From NCBI RefSeq assembly GCF_006345805.1, contig NW_021833362.1, positions 1 to 27,159 of the forward strand: 27,159 nucleotides of DNA, read 5' to 3'. Of the stretch, positions 9,650-18,153 are shown one piece after another. A program made the translations under genes and the position numbers. Each line of letters begins with the position of its first letter. Position 1 is the first letter of the stretch. The notes beneath the pieces were generated by a model that saw only the letters and a list, made by a program, of their open reading frames with translations, was not told where the DNA came from and did not search any database. The DNA is from Octopus sinensis (Eukaryota).

Positions 9650-9812
9650 ACACACACTTGTGCAGTGTCCATCAACCAAATTTCCCTTTCCTTGGCATTG
9701 GGTCATCTGAAAGCTACAGCAAGAGACAAATGCCAAAGTGTAGTGGAATGGCTATTCCGGATTATTACATGGTTGCAAAAACGAACATTGTAGCAGCAAC
9801 ACATTCCTCTGA
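9650..9812 (-). mobile_element. Highly decayed family 1 SINE head
   Basis: CAGTGTCCATCAACCAAAT...GGCATTGG...GCTACAGCAAGAGACA...CATGGTTG follows the order of the reverse-strand SINE head. Confidence 0.55.
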
Positions 9813-9828
9813 CACAAGACAGGTTGAG

Positions 9829-10040
9829 TTAACCCTTTAGCATTCCGATTATTCTGTCAAGCGTAAAGCTTATTTATCCACCACATTGCTTTGAATTAGC
9901 CGTTCTGTATCAGGTAGCATTGGGATTTTGAAGGTATGATTGTATATATTTTGACTGATCTGGTAGGGTAGGTATGAGAAACTAGATCTAGGAGGTTTGA
10001 ACGTAAAACAGGTAGCATGTTCTGGTTGGTTTAAATGCTA
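9829..10040 (+). mobile_element. TTAA-CCC MITE (piggyBac-like end), copy 1
   Basis: Starts TTAA CCCTTTAGCATT and ends AAATGCTA. GTAGGGTAGGTATGAGAA matches the reverse-strand copies at 10089-10289 and 16031-16230. Confidence 0.75.
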
Positions 10041-10088
10041 TGGACAACAGATGCTAAATGATGATGAGGATGATGGTGAAGCCTGCTT

Positions 10089-10289
10089 TATCTGGCCCCA
10101 AAACTCTTCCTGTTTTACATTCAAACTGACCAGATCTAGCTTCTCACACCTACCCTACAATGTCATTTGATAGCTAAACAGTCATACGATCAAAAAGTCA
10201 AGGCTATGCAATAATGCATGATTAGTTCAAATCAAGGTAAATAAATAAGCATAAAATCAGACAGAATAACCTGAATACTAACGAGTCAA
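10089..10289 (-). mobile_element. Same MITE, copy 2, inverted
   Basis: TTCTCACACCTACCCTACAATGTCATT shared with 16083-16110; complementary to copy 1. Confidence 0.75.
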
Positions 10290-11024
10290 CCTAAAGTACA
10301 ATTAAAGTACAATTAAAGTGCCGAGTTCATCAGAGAACTTCCTATGCTACACTAAAAGAACAAGCAGTGCTTCCTTGAGTCAGTGGATCTCATTCACTCG
10401 CATGGCCTATATTAAGAAATTTTGAAGGGAAAGTGTAGTTGAGTACCTATCCCAGAACTTGACCAATATTTGATTTGATGGACCTTGGACGGATGAATGA
10501 CACAGGATCATTAATAATTAAAAAGTGGATTTTATAATTGGCAAAGATGACTTTTTATAAAATTACAAGATATTTCAATAACACAGTTTGATTAAAATAT
10601 TTTTACAAACATATATATTTTAAAAGATATAAAAATAAATATTCAGAAAATGTATTCTATAAAATGGGATTTTAAACCTAGCACCCCCAAATTCTCGACA
10701 AATTAATATATAAGAAATAGTTCCTCTTTGCCATTATTAGTGTTACCTTAATTAAGGAGATACTGAATACAGAATATACAGTAGTCAAACATTATGTGTA
10801 TAGTATAAAGAAATTGAAACTTTTTTCCCCCCACAATTCTGTGGTGTCTGCTGTCACCAGACTTAAGGTCTCTTGAGAATGAGATATTCTTAATTTATAA
10901 ACATTTAAGAATTTTAATTGCAACTTTTTCAAAGTAAGGATAGTTCAACCCCGAAGCAACTTATGAGGCTCCAGGGGGAGTAGATTCAAGCTTCCATTTT
11001 ATAGAATATATTTTTCAAATACAT

Positions 11025-11069
<45 letters not shown>

Positions 11070-11443
11070 ATATTATGTCATATGCATATATATTTTACAA
11101 AAACAGAGATAAAGTCAGAGCAAACTGAAAAGAAATTCATTAAAATAAAATTAACAAGTTTCCATAAACTAAACTTGAATAAAATTTCATTAAAAAAAAA
11201 CAATTCATTTTTATTTTACCAATTTAAAATTTTAGATCAATTTCAAATTGCTAAAATAATTGGGGATTTTTTTTTTTTTTTCAGTTTAAAATTTCAAATT
11301 TATAAAAGATTCAATAAAAACAAAATGGATTTTTTAAAACTGGTATTCAAATCCAAACACAATCTGAAATTTGTTCTCTTTTTTCTTTTGCCAAATTTGA
11401 GTATCAGTTCCATCATTGATTTATTCAATTTAATATCTTTTAG

Positions 11444-11593
11444 AAGATATTATTTGATAGCTTATAAGGAACACTTTATACAAAAGCCAAAAAATGTTCT
11501 AGAAACTTTAACCTGCATCTTAGGATCTGTAATGCAGTGGCTTAAGAAAGGACCTTCAAAAATTAAGGAGTGCATTATAAGCTGGTGTACCTT
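11444..11593 (+). CDS. Candidate exon of unidentified host gene (150 bp, phase 2-2)
   Basis: Acceptor TAATATCTTTTAG, donor TT|GTAAGC, open frame RYYLIAYKEHFIQKPKNVLETLTCILGSVMQWLKKGPSKIKECIISWCT(L); non-repetitive. Confidence 0.6.
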
Positions 11594-11845
11594 GTAAGCC
11601 ATCAAATATGATTTAATGTAGTCTCTGTGTGTCATTTTATTGGAGCTGATTTTGGAGTTTTGTTGGGAGTAGCTTCAAAGAGATTTTGAACAAAGGAAAC
11701 CCAATAAATCTTCAAAATTAGAATCAATAAAATTACAACAAATGTTACATGTTGCACAGGTATTGAGTGCGCTATTTAGTGAATGTGCATTGCTTTTATG
11801 TGTTTAAAAAAAAAAAACGTTTCAGAATAAATATGTCTATCCTAA

Positions 11846-12095
11846 AGGATGAAAGGGACCTCCTGAGCCATAGACTCATAAGGGCAGTTTCCCAGATTTT
11901 GTGGCATATTTACTCCCCCACTTGGATGGGACGCCAGTCTATCACAGGATTACTCAGTTTTGCCAGCTGAGTGGACTGAGCAACATAAAATGAAATGTTT
12001 TGCTCAAGAATACAACACATGACTCAGTCTCGGAACAGAAACCACAACCTTACAATCCTGAGTGCAACACACTAACCACTAAGCCACGAGCCTCC
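11846..12095 (-). mobile_element. SINE family 2 (Deu/Nin-like core)
   Basis: Minus-strand head GGCTCGTGGCTTAGTGGTTAG and core TCTTGAGCAAAACATTTCATTTTATGTTGCTCAGTCCACTCAGCTGGCAAAA similar to 5930-5985. Confidence 0.75.
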
Positions 12096-12322
12096 AATAT
12101 AAAAAAAAACCCCACCCAAACTGAATACACATACCTAGGGGTATGCACGTTGTTAGTTCAGGGGTGGATTTTGTTTATACACCTGAAGCTGCTTGTAATT
12201 TCCTATTTGAATGTTTTGCATGGCATGAAACGTTGGGACTTGCCAGCAGATGGTTTATAAAGCATTTAGCATAGAGCCATGGCCAGTCATATGTATAGGT
12301 TGCAGTGGGCCTCGTTTGGTCT

Positions 12323-12367
12323 GCAACACTGAAAAGTCACAACAACGACGAAACATGTGTCTGTTGC
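12323..12367 (+). ncRNA. Minimal type I hammerhead motif with G8A core change
   Basis: GCAACA-CTGAAAA-GTC-acaacaac-GAC-GAAA-CATGTG-TC|TGTTGC: perfect 6-bp helix I, 3-bp helix II, GUC site at 12359-12361. Confidence 0.75.
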
Positions 12368-12552
12368 TCAGAGAAGAGACCTGAGGCGAGTTGTCTCGTT
12401 TGACCATGTGACTTACTTTCAGGTGTTTTTAACACCAGGCACACTGAGAATATATTTTCTTATGCCTAAAAACTGCAGCTGACCCATGCACTTGCAACAC
12501 ACACATCTTTGTGGATATGTGTTTGGTTTTGTTTACATATCTCAAGCTATTT

Positions 12553-12589
<37 letters not shown>

Positions 12590-12814
12590 TCTAACCAGCA
12601 CGGATTTTTATCAGTCAACAGGTTGCAATCTTAAAGCGCTGAAAATATTTTTTAAACTTAAATGTTAAAGTGAATCGAACGGCTTTTGTGTGTTTCTTAA
12701 ATGGCTTATAAACACCTTCCATGCTGCAATTGTTTTTGTTTCAGCACACGATTTCAGATCAAATCACTTGCTATGCAAGTACATCTCCGTAATATATATA
12801 TATATATATATCAA

Positions 12815-13158
12815 TAAAATAATATGTGACAATTACTCAATAATCAAGATAAAACTCTGAGTTTCGGATGCCGAAGTGGAAATCCACAACACCATCTCTT
12901 CGGTTATCTGGTCATCTGAAAAACGCTATGAAAAAATACTGTTATATAAATTTTACATGTTTACTATTAACTTTTAATCTTAATTTATATAAGTAGCAGA
13001 ATTATAATACAGTAATTTCCCTTTATATAACGGTATTTTTTCATAACATTTTTTCAGGTGGCCAGATAACGGAAGAGATGGTGTTGTGGATTTCCACCTC
13101 GGCATCTGAAACTCAGAGTTTTATCTTGACTATTGAGTAATTGTCTCATATTATTTTA
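12815..13158. mobile_element. Penelope-like inverted terminal-repeat remnant with a hammerhead motif in each arm
   Basis: ~136-bp arms 12815-12950 and 13022-13158 around a 71-bp AT spacer. Each arm reads AGATAA-C(C/G)GAAGA-GATG..CATC-(C/T)GAAAC-TCAGA-GTT|TTATCT. Confidence 0.75.
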
Positions 13159-13553
13159 CAGATAAATGTCCTCTATTTACATAATATTGAGGTCTCTTTC
13201 TTTCTTTCTTTTGTTGTCTTACCGTTTTTACCAATATATATACACACACACACAAAAATGTACACAATTCCTCATCTCTTAAATATAGAACTGTATACAC
13301 ACACACACACATAAAATTAGAAGCTAATGACTCCCCTGCCACTCAGGCAAGTGCATGTGTCCCAGGGTTTGCCATAAGCATGGTAAAACATCTATTAATA
13401 TAATACTGTGTTAATGATGACTAAATGCACTTCTCTTGATTCACTTTCCTCACACCACTGCAAAATCTGTTTGGCACAATATTTCATTCAACCAGCTGCC
13501 AAACATTTAATTTTTGAAAATTGATATTTCAAGAGTTCCTTCCCTTGCTCTTA

Positions 13554-13905
13554 TCTTTATATATAAAAGAGAGGTTGTGTGTCTGTCTGTCTCCTACGAT
13601 TTAGATCCCTAACTACTCCCACATTTTGCGGTGCAGTTTAACCAAAACCGGGTATCTTATAGTCGTGATTCATATCGAGCCCTTCTGGGTATTAGCGCAC
13701 GTCTACGATGAGGCTACGATTTTTAAAAAAATTTACCATAAATCTTTCCCATTTTTAATGCATTTTTGGCATATATAAAGGAAGTAGCTCTCTAGAAAAT
13801 TATTATTAAATCTCAGAACGTAAAAAGCTACAGTAACACCCCCCCCTTTGTGCTTATATAGTTATTTCCCTTACAAACCCGAGCAACGCCGGGCGATACT
13901 GCTAA
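13554..13905 (+). mobile_element. Non-autonomous Helitron
   Basis: 5' TC start (A|TCTTTATATATAAAAG), subterminal hairpin CCCG-AGCAACGC-CGGG (13878-13893), 3' CTAA|T end (CTRR), inserted in an AT dinucleotide, no TSD. Confidence 0.7.
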
Positions 13906-14039
13906 TTACTAATAATTTTACTGACTCTCCTTAATTACTTATTTCTTCATCGCAATTATTTTCGTTAGTAATTAATTTGGGTTTAACACTAAGTATGGTT
14001 AAGTAAACTGAATAACATAAATTTAGGTTACATATTATA

Positions 14040-14510
14040 AACAGACATCAGAGTACACCCTTCCAACACGATTGTATCTGAGTACTTTTGTGGTTTTGAA
14101 GTACAACATTTTAAATGTGAGATCTTATAAATATATATATGTGGTTTGAATGCAAGTTGACCGCATTCCAAAAATTCTTTTGTATGGTCAACAAGTGGAG
14201 GGATATTGCAGTTAAAGGTAGACTTGCCCTTAGGTATAAGGATAAGTTGAAGCAATTACTAAAATTTCTACAGCTCAACTTGACATCTTAGGAAACTCTA
14301 TTGCCCAGACCAATTTGCATGGTGTAAAATGTGTCACGATGCATCACAACAATTTGAGTTGAAGAAAAAGAACAATAAAAGAATTCTATCCTGCAATCAC
14401 CAGAAAACCCAATCCCAGGCAAAATCAAATTCTTCAGTGTCTCCATTGTGGTTTCATAGTAAAATCCATTCCTCAACTCAAATTACAGTCAGGCATCCAA
14501 TTACTTGCAG
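14040..14510 (+). mobile_element. Decayed RTE-clade LINE ORF C-terminus
   Basis: With stops and frameshifts: RIPKILLYGQ..EG (from 14162), GR.ALRYKDKLKQLLK, *ETL..DQFAW, FE, QCLHCG. This matches the RTE C-terminal motif order. Confidence 0.75.
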
Positions 14511-14614
14511 ATTTTTTCCTTCTTTCTTTTCTTTTTTCTTTAAATCTTCTCCTTCAAACACTCATGTCGAAATTGATGGGAGCAGAGACTATCACATATA
14601 TATATATATAGGCG

Positions 14615-14773
14615 TGGCTTCTTTCAGTTTCCGTCTACCAAATCCACTCACAAGGCATTGGTCGGCCCGGGGCTATAGCAGAAGACACCTGCCCAAGATG
14701 CCACGCAGTGGGACTGAACCCGGAACCATGTGGTTGGTTAGCAAGCTACTTACCACACAGCCACTCCTGCGCC
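14615..14773 (-). mobile_element. Family 1 SINE head half, young
   Basis: Near-identical to 5000-5154, sharing variants AAGGCATTGG, CTATAGCAGAAG, AAGATGCCACG, GGTTAGCAAGC. Confidence 0.92.
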
Positions 14774-14913
14774 TATATATATATATATATACATGGTAAT
14801 GGTTTTATGTTTGGGTATTCACCCTGCAGTATGCTGTTTAAAGCCCATTCACAGTATTTGGCTACCTGATGTCAACAAGAATATGGAGGTATATGCCACT
14901 GGACTTACTTCAG

Positions 14914-15018
14914 GAGTTCCTTTGTGTCTGTGGAATTTATAAAATATGACAAAGAATTCATGAGATTTTTATTATTCACTACAACTGCTTTGACCCATCC
15001 TCCACTGGTGCCTCACAG
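14914..15018 (+). CDS. Candidate exon (105 bp, phase 2-2)
   Basis: Acceptor CTTACTTCAG|G, donor CAG|GTGAGA, frame SSFVSVEFIKYDKEFMRFLLFTTTALTHPPLVPH; joins in frame to 11444-11593. Confidence 0.6.
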
Positions 15019-15370
15019 GTGAGATGCTATGCAAACAGTTCTGGTGCATTGAATAATAAAGAATCTCATGTATTCCATTTACCTTCTCTCATATTCATAT
15101 ACCTAGATACATTAATTAATTTGAGGTAAAAAGGAGCCAAATTGATGTTACAAACGTTTCTATAAATAAACCATGCTTATTATGCAATATATGCAACATA
15201 GGTGACAGCGTTAATGTTCATTCACTTCTTCAGTCAAGTTAATTATTATTCGCTCTGTGACCCTTCTTGATATGCTAGATCATTCTTTGGATTTGCCAAG
15301 TGCTCCTTTTTTATCCTTAACTTAAATATAACTGACCTTTGTTTGGTTATTGCAATACTTTGCTTGCCAG

Positions 15371-15428
15371 GTTCCTACATGAGGTGAATGCATGGATTGT
15401 ACCTAACTCTTCGAGCCATGAAAAATAA
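15371..15428 (+). CDS. Candidate terminal coding exon (phase 2 start, TAA at 15426-15428)
   Basis: CTGAC branch motif, acceptor TACTTTGCTTGCCAG|G, frame (R)FLHEVNAWIVPNSSSHEK*; in frame with the preceding exon. No obvious polyA signal nearby. Confidence 0.45.
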
Positions 15429-15569
15429 TACTCACTACATTAAGTAAAGTTTAAAATTTGTGCAAATCTGGTGATTCATTCAGTCTCTACTCTGAGTTTT
15501 GTGCATTATACATTTATTCCACATATATGTGTGTGTATGGTGTGTGTGTGTGTATATATATACACACAC

Positions 15570-15702
15570 AGGAAGGGCATCCAGCTGTAGAAACACTGCC
15601 AGATCTGACTGGCCTGGTGTAGCCTTCGGGTGCCATACCCCAGTTGAACGTCCAACCCATGCTAGCATGGAAAGCGGACGTTAAACGATGATGATGATGA
15701 TG
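15570..15702 (+). mobile_element. 3' fragment of SINE family 3 (RTE-type tail)
   Basis: GGGCATCCAGCTGTAGAAACACTGCCAGATC...CCAACCCATGCTAGCATGGAAAGCGGACGTTAAAC(GAT)n; homologous to 4565-4700. Confidence 0.9.
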
Positions 15703-15804
15703 TGATATATATAATTGATATAGGATAAAACTTTTTTCGGGAAAAAAATTTTATCAATGGCCAGCATATAAAAAAATGCCTTAAAGGTAAAATTATACAT
15801 AATT

Positions 15805-15962
15805 TACAAGATAAGGGCAGAAGAAAAATTCTAATGCCAGATACGCCGAAACAAAAAATTGTCGATAACCATTAAATTTATGCGTCTCGAAACAAACCGA
15901 TAGAAATCTCTAAAAAATTTGTTATTACCGTATTGGTCCAATTTCTTCTGCCTTATCTTGTA
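15805..15962. mobile_element. Small inverted-repeat element (arms 15805-15830 and 15940-15962)
   Basis: TACAAGATAAGGGCAGAAGAAAAATT pairs with AATTTCTTCTGCCTTATCTTGTA; two internal CGAAAC motifs. Confidence 0.6.
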
Positions 15963-16030
15963 TATATATATAATATAATATATATATATATCTAATAATA
16001 TATAGAGAGAGAGAGAGAGAGGAGAGCGAG

Positions 16031-16230
16031 ATCTGATCAAAATATTCTACAGGTTTTATGTTTGAAACCAGCCAGAAGCAACCTCTCACACTACCCTACA
16101 ATGTCATTTTGGAAATAAAGAATGACATCATGAAAATCTCAAAGCTACAGGATAAAGCCTGATTAATTGAAAACAATGTGATTAAATGACGAATTACATC
16201 TGACTGAGTAATCTGAATGCTAACGGTTAA
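16031..16230 (-). mobile_element. TTAA MITE, copy 3
   Basis: Similar to 10089-10289; ends AATCTGAATGCTAACGGTTAA. Confidence 0.75.
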
Positions 16231-16334
16231 CTGGCCAAAACTTCAAAGTCACTATCAATAATATTCTTGTTAAACACTCATAAACCATGTGTTTCTGAGT
16301 ATGTGTATACATACATACATACAACAAATCAACC

Positions 16335-16625
16335 TCAAGACTTATTCTTTGTAAGCCTAGTACTTAAATTTATTGATTTCTTTTGCCAAACAGCGCTAAG
16401 TGGTATGTAAAACACACCAACATCAGTTGTCAAGCAATGGTGAGGAGGACAAACATGATACAACAAGCTTCTATCATTTTCTGTCTCACAAAATTCACTT
16501 ACAAAGCTTTGCTTGGCCGAGACTATAGTTTACAAGACACTTGCCCAAGAGTGCCATACAGTGGGATTGAACCCAGACCCATGAGGTTGGGAAGCAGCTT
16601 CTTACCACCAGCATGCCTGCATCTA
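16335..16625 (-). mobile_element. Diverged family 1 SINE lacking tail and internal microsatellite
   Basis: GACTTATTCTTTGTAAGCCTAGTAC, CATCAGTTGTCAAGCAATG, GACACTTGCCCAAG, CAGTGGGATTGAACCC. Confidence 0.8.
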
Positions 16626-16878
16626 TATATATACACATACTACATACATACAAAGTGTGGGGGTTGGGGACAGGTGAACTAAACGATTAGGTAAGCTAGG
16701 TAAGTGCTGTGACGGACTATTCCAAGGTTATAGCTGAGACGATAGTTATGGAGTCATGCAGGGTTATGATGCAGTGGATATAAAATTGTTAAAGAGGACA
16801 ACAGACATTAAGGCAAGCATCTCAAGTCATATAAAATATTATTTTATTGGAAAAAATTACAAAAAATAAGTCCTAGGG

Positions 16879-16931
16879 TCAAAGCTGTTTCTGGGATATC
16901 CCCGAGTATGGGATGTTCTGTCATCAGGAGA
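16879..16931 (-). ncRNA. Degenerate type I hammerhead motif
   Basis: CUGAUGA-CAGAACAUCCC-auacucg-GGGAUAUCCCA-GAAAC-AGCU-UUG. Helix II base is eroded and the cleavage triplet is lost. Confidence 0.6.
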
Positions 16932-16975
16932 GATAGGAAGGAAAATTAGAATGGTATATATTAATGAGATGACAA

Positions 16976-17186
16976 CAAAGAGGAAGGGAGTAAAAGAATA
17001 AGGAAATGGAAAGGAAGGAAAAATGAAGGAAAATGAAAAACAAAGAAGGAAAATGAAGGAAAAAAGAAGGAAAAATGGAAAAAATGAAGAAAAAAATGAA
17101 GGAAAAAAAGGAAAAATGAAAAAAAATAAAAAAAAAGAAGGAAAAATGAAGGAAAAAAAAGGAAAAATGAAACATAAAAGTTCATA
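16976..17186. repeat. Purine-rich low-complexity tract (~GAAGGAAAAAT units)
   Basis: Direct inspection; explains the Phe/Ser-rich minus ORFs at 16857-17263. Confidence 0.9.
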
Positions 17187-18114
17187 GAAAGAAGAGCATG
17201 AGTCCTTAGGTGCAAGGAGAAAGAAGAGCATGAGTCCTTAGGTGCAAGGAGAAAGAAGAGCATGAGTCCTTAGGTGCAAGGAGAAAGAAGAGCATGGGTC
17301 CTTAGGTGCAAGGAGAAAGAAGAGCATGAGTCCTTAGGTGCAAGGAGAAAGAAGAGCATGGGTCCTTAGGTGCAAGGAGAAAGAAGAGCAAGAGTCCTTA
17401 GGTGCAAGGAGAAAGAAGAGCATGGGTCCTTAAGTGCAAGGAGAAAGAAGAGCATGAGTCCTTAGGTGCAAGGAGAAAGAAGAGCATGGGTCCTTAGGTG
17501 CAAGGAGAAAGAAGAGCATGAGTCCTTAGGTGCAAGGAGAAAGAAGAGCATGGGTCCTTAGGTGCAAGGAGAGAGAAGAGCATGAGTCCTTAGGTGCAAA
17601 GAGAAAGAAGAGCATGAGTCCTTAGGTGCAAAGAGAAAGAAGAGCATGAGACCTTAGGTGCAAGGAGAAAGAAGAGCATGAGTCCTTAGGTGCAAGGAGA
17701 AAGAAGAGCATGAGTCCTTAGGTGCAAAGAGAAAGAAGAGCATGAGTCCTTAGGTGCAAAGAGAAAGAAGAGCATGAGTCCTTAGGTGCAAGGAGAAAGA
17801 AGAGCATGAGTCCTTAGGTGCAAGGAGAAAGAAGAGCATGAGTCCTTAGGTGCAAGGAGAAAGAAGAGCATGAGTCCTTAGGTGCAAGGAGAAAGAAGAG
17901 CATGGGTCCTTAGGTGCAAGGAGAAAGAAGAGCATGGGTCCTTAGGTGCAAGGAGAAAGAAGAGCATGAGTCCTTAGGTGCAAGGAGAAAGAAGAGCATG
18001 GATCCTTAGGTGCAAGGAGAAAGAAGAGCATGGGTCCTTAGATGCAACGAGAAAGAAGAGCATGAGTCCTTAGGTGCAAGGAGAAAGAAGAGCATGAGTC
18101 CTTAGGTGCAAGGA
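17187..18114. repeat. Minisatellite, 29 x 32 bp (GAAAGAAGAGCATGAGTCCTTAGGTGCAAGGA)
   Basis: 928 bp = 29 x 32 with no indels; contiguous units with no spacers. Confidence 0.98.
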
Positions 18115-18153
18115 GAACTTGAGATGTTTTTGTTGCCTTAACGTTTGTTGTCC

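Larger units (their letters stand above)
16781..17186 (-). mobile_element. Penelope-like pseudo-LTR remnant (pyrimidine tract, hammerhead motif, AATAAA, terminus)
   Basis: Minus strand: T/C tract, CTGATGA (16921-16927), ATCCC/GGGAT helix, GAAACAGCT (from 16891), AATAAA, then a terminus that recurs inverted at 18117-18168. Confidence 0.65.

Noticed and set aside
9629-9790. Protein-like + frame CEAFII...VVEWLFRIITWLQKRTL as a host exon
   Set aside because: Overlaps a decayed reverse-strand SINE head; weak donor.
2957-10333. Isolated CTGANGA heptamers at 2957(+), 3187(-), 4277(+) and 10327(-)
   Set aside because: No helix II plus GAAA plus UH in the required arrangement.
12608-12656. Possible G3-C8 swapped hammerhead (GTCAACA-G-GTTGC..GCGCT-GAAA-ATAT-TT)
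   Set aside because: G5 is absent and helices I and II are poorly paired; not supportable without homologs.
16857-17263. Phe/Ser-rich minus-strand ORFs resembling membrane proteins
   Set aside because: Translation of the purine-rich tract.
17187-18114. 32-bp repeat as a CRISPR array
   Set aside because: Units are contiguous with no spacers; eukaryotic context; no cas genes.
17187-18114. TTAGG in each unit as telomeric repeat
   Set aside because: Single pentamer inside a 32-bp unit, not tandem; the molluscan telomere repeat is TTAGGG.
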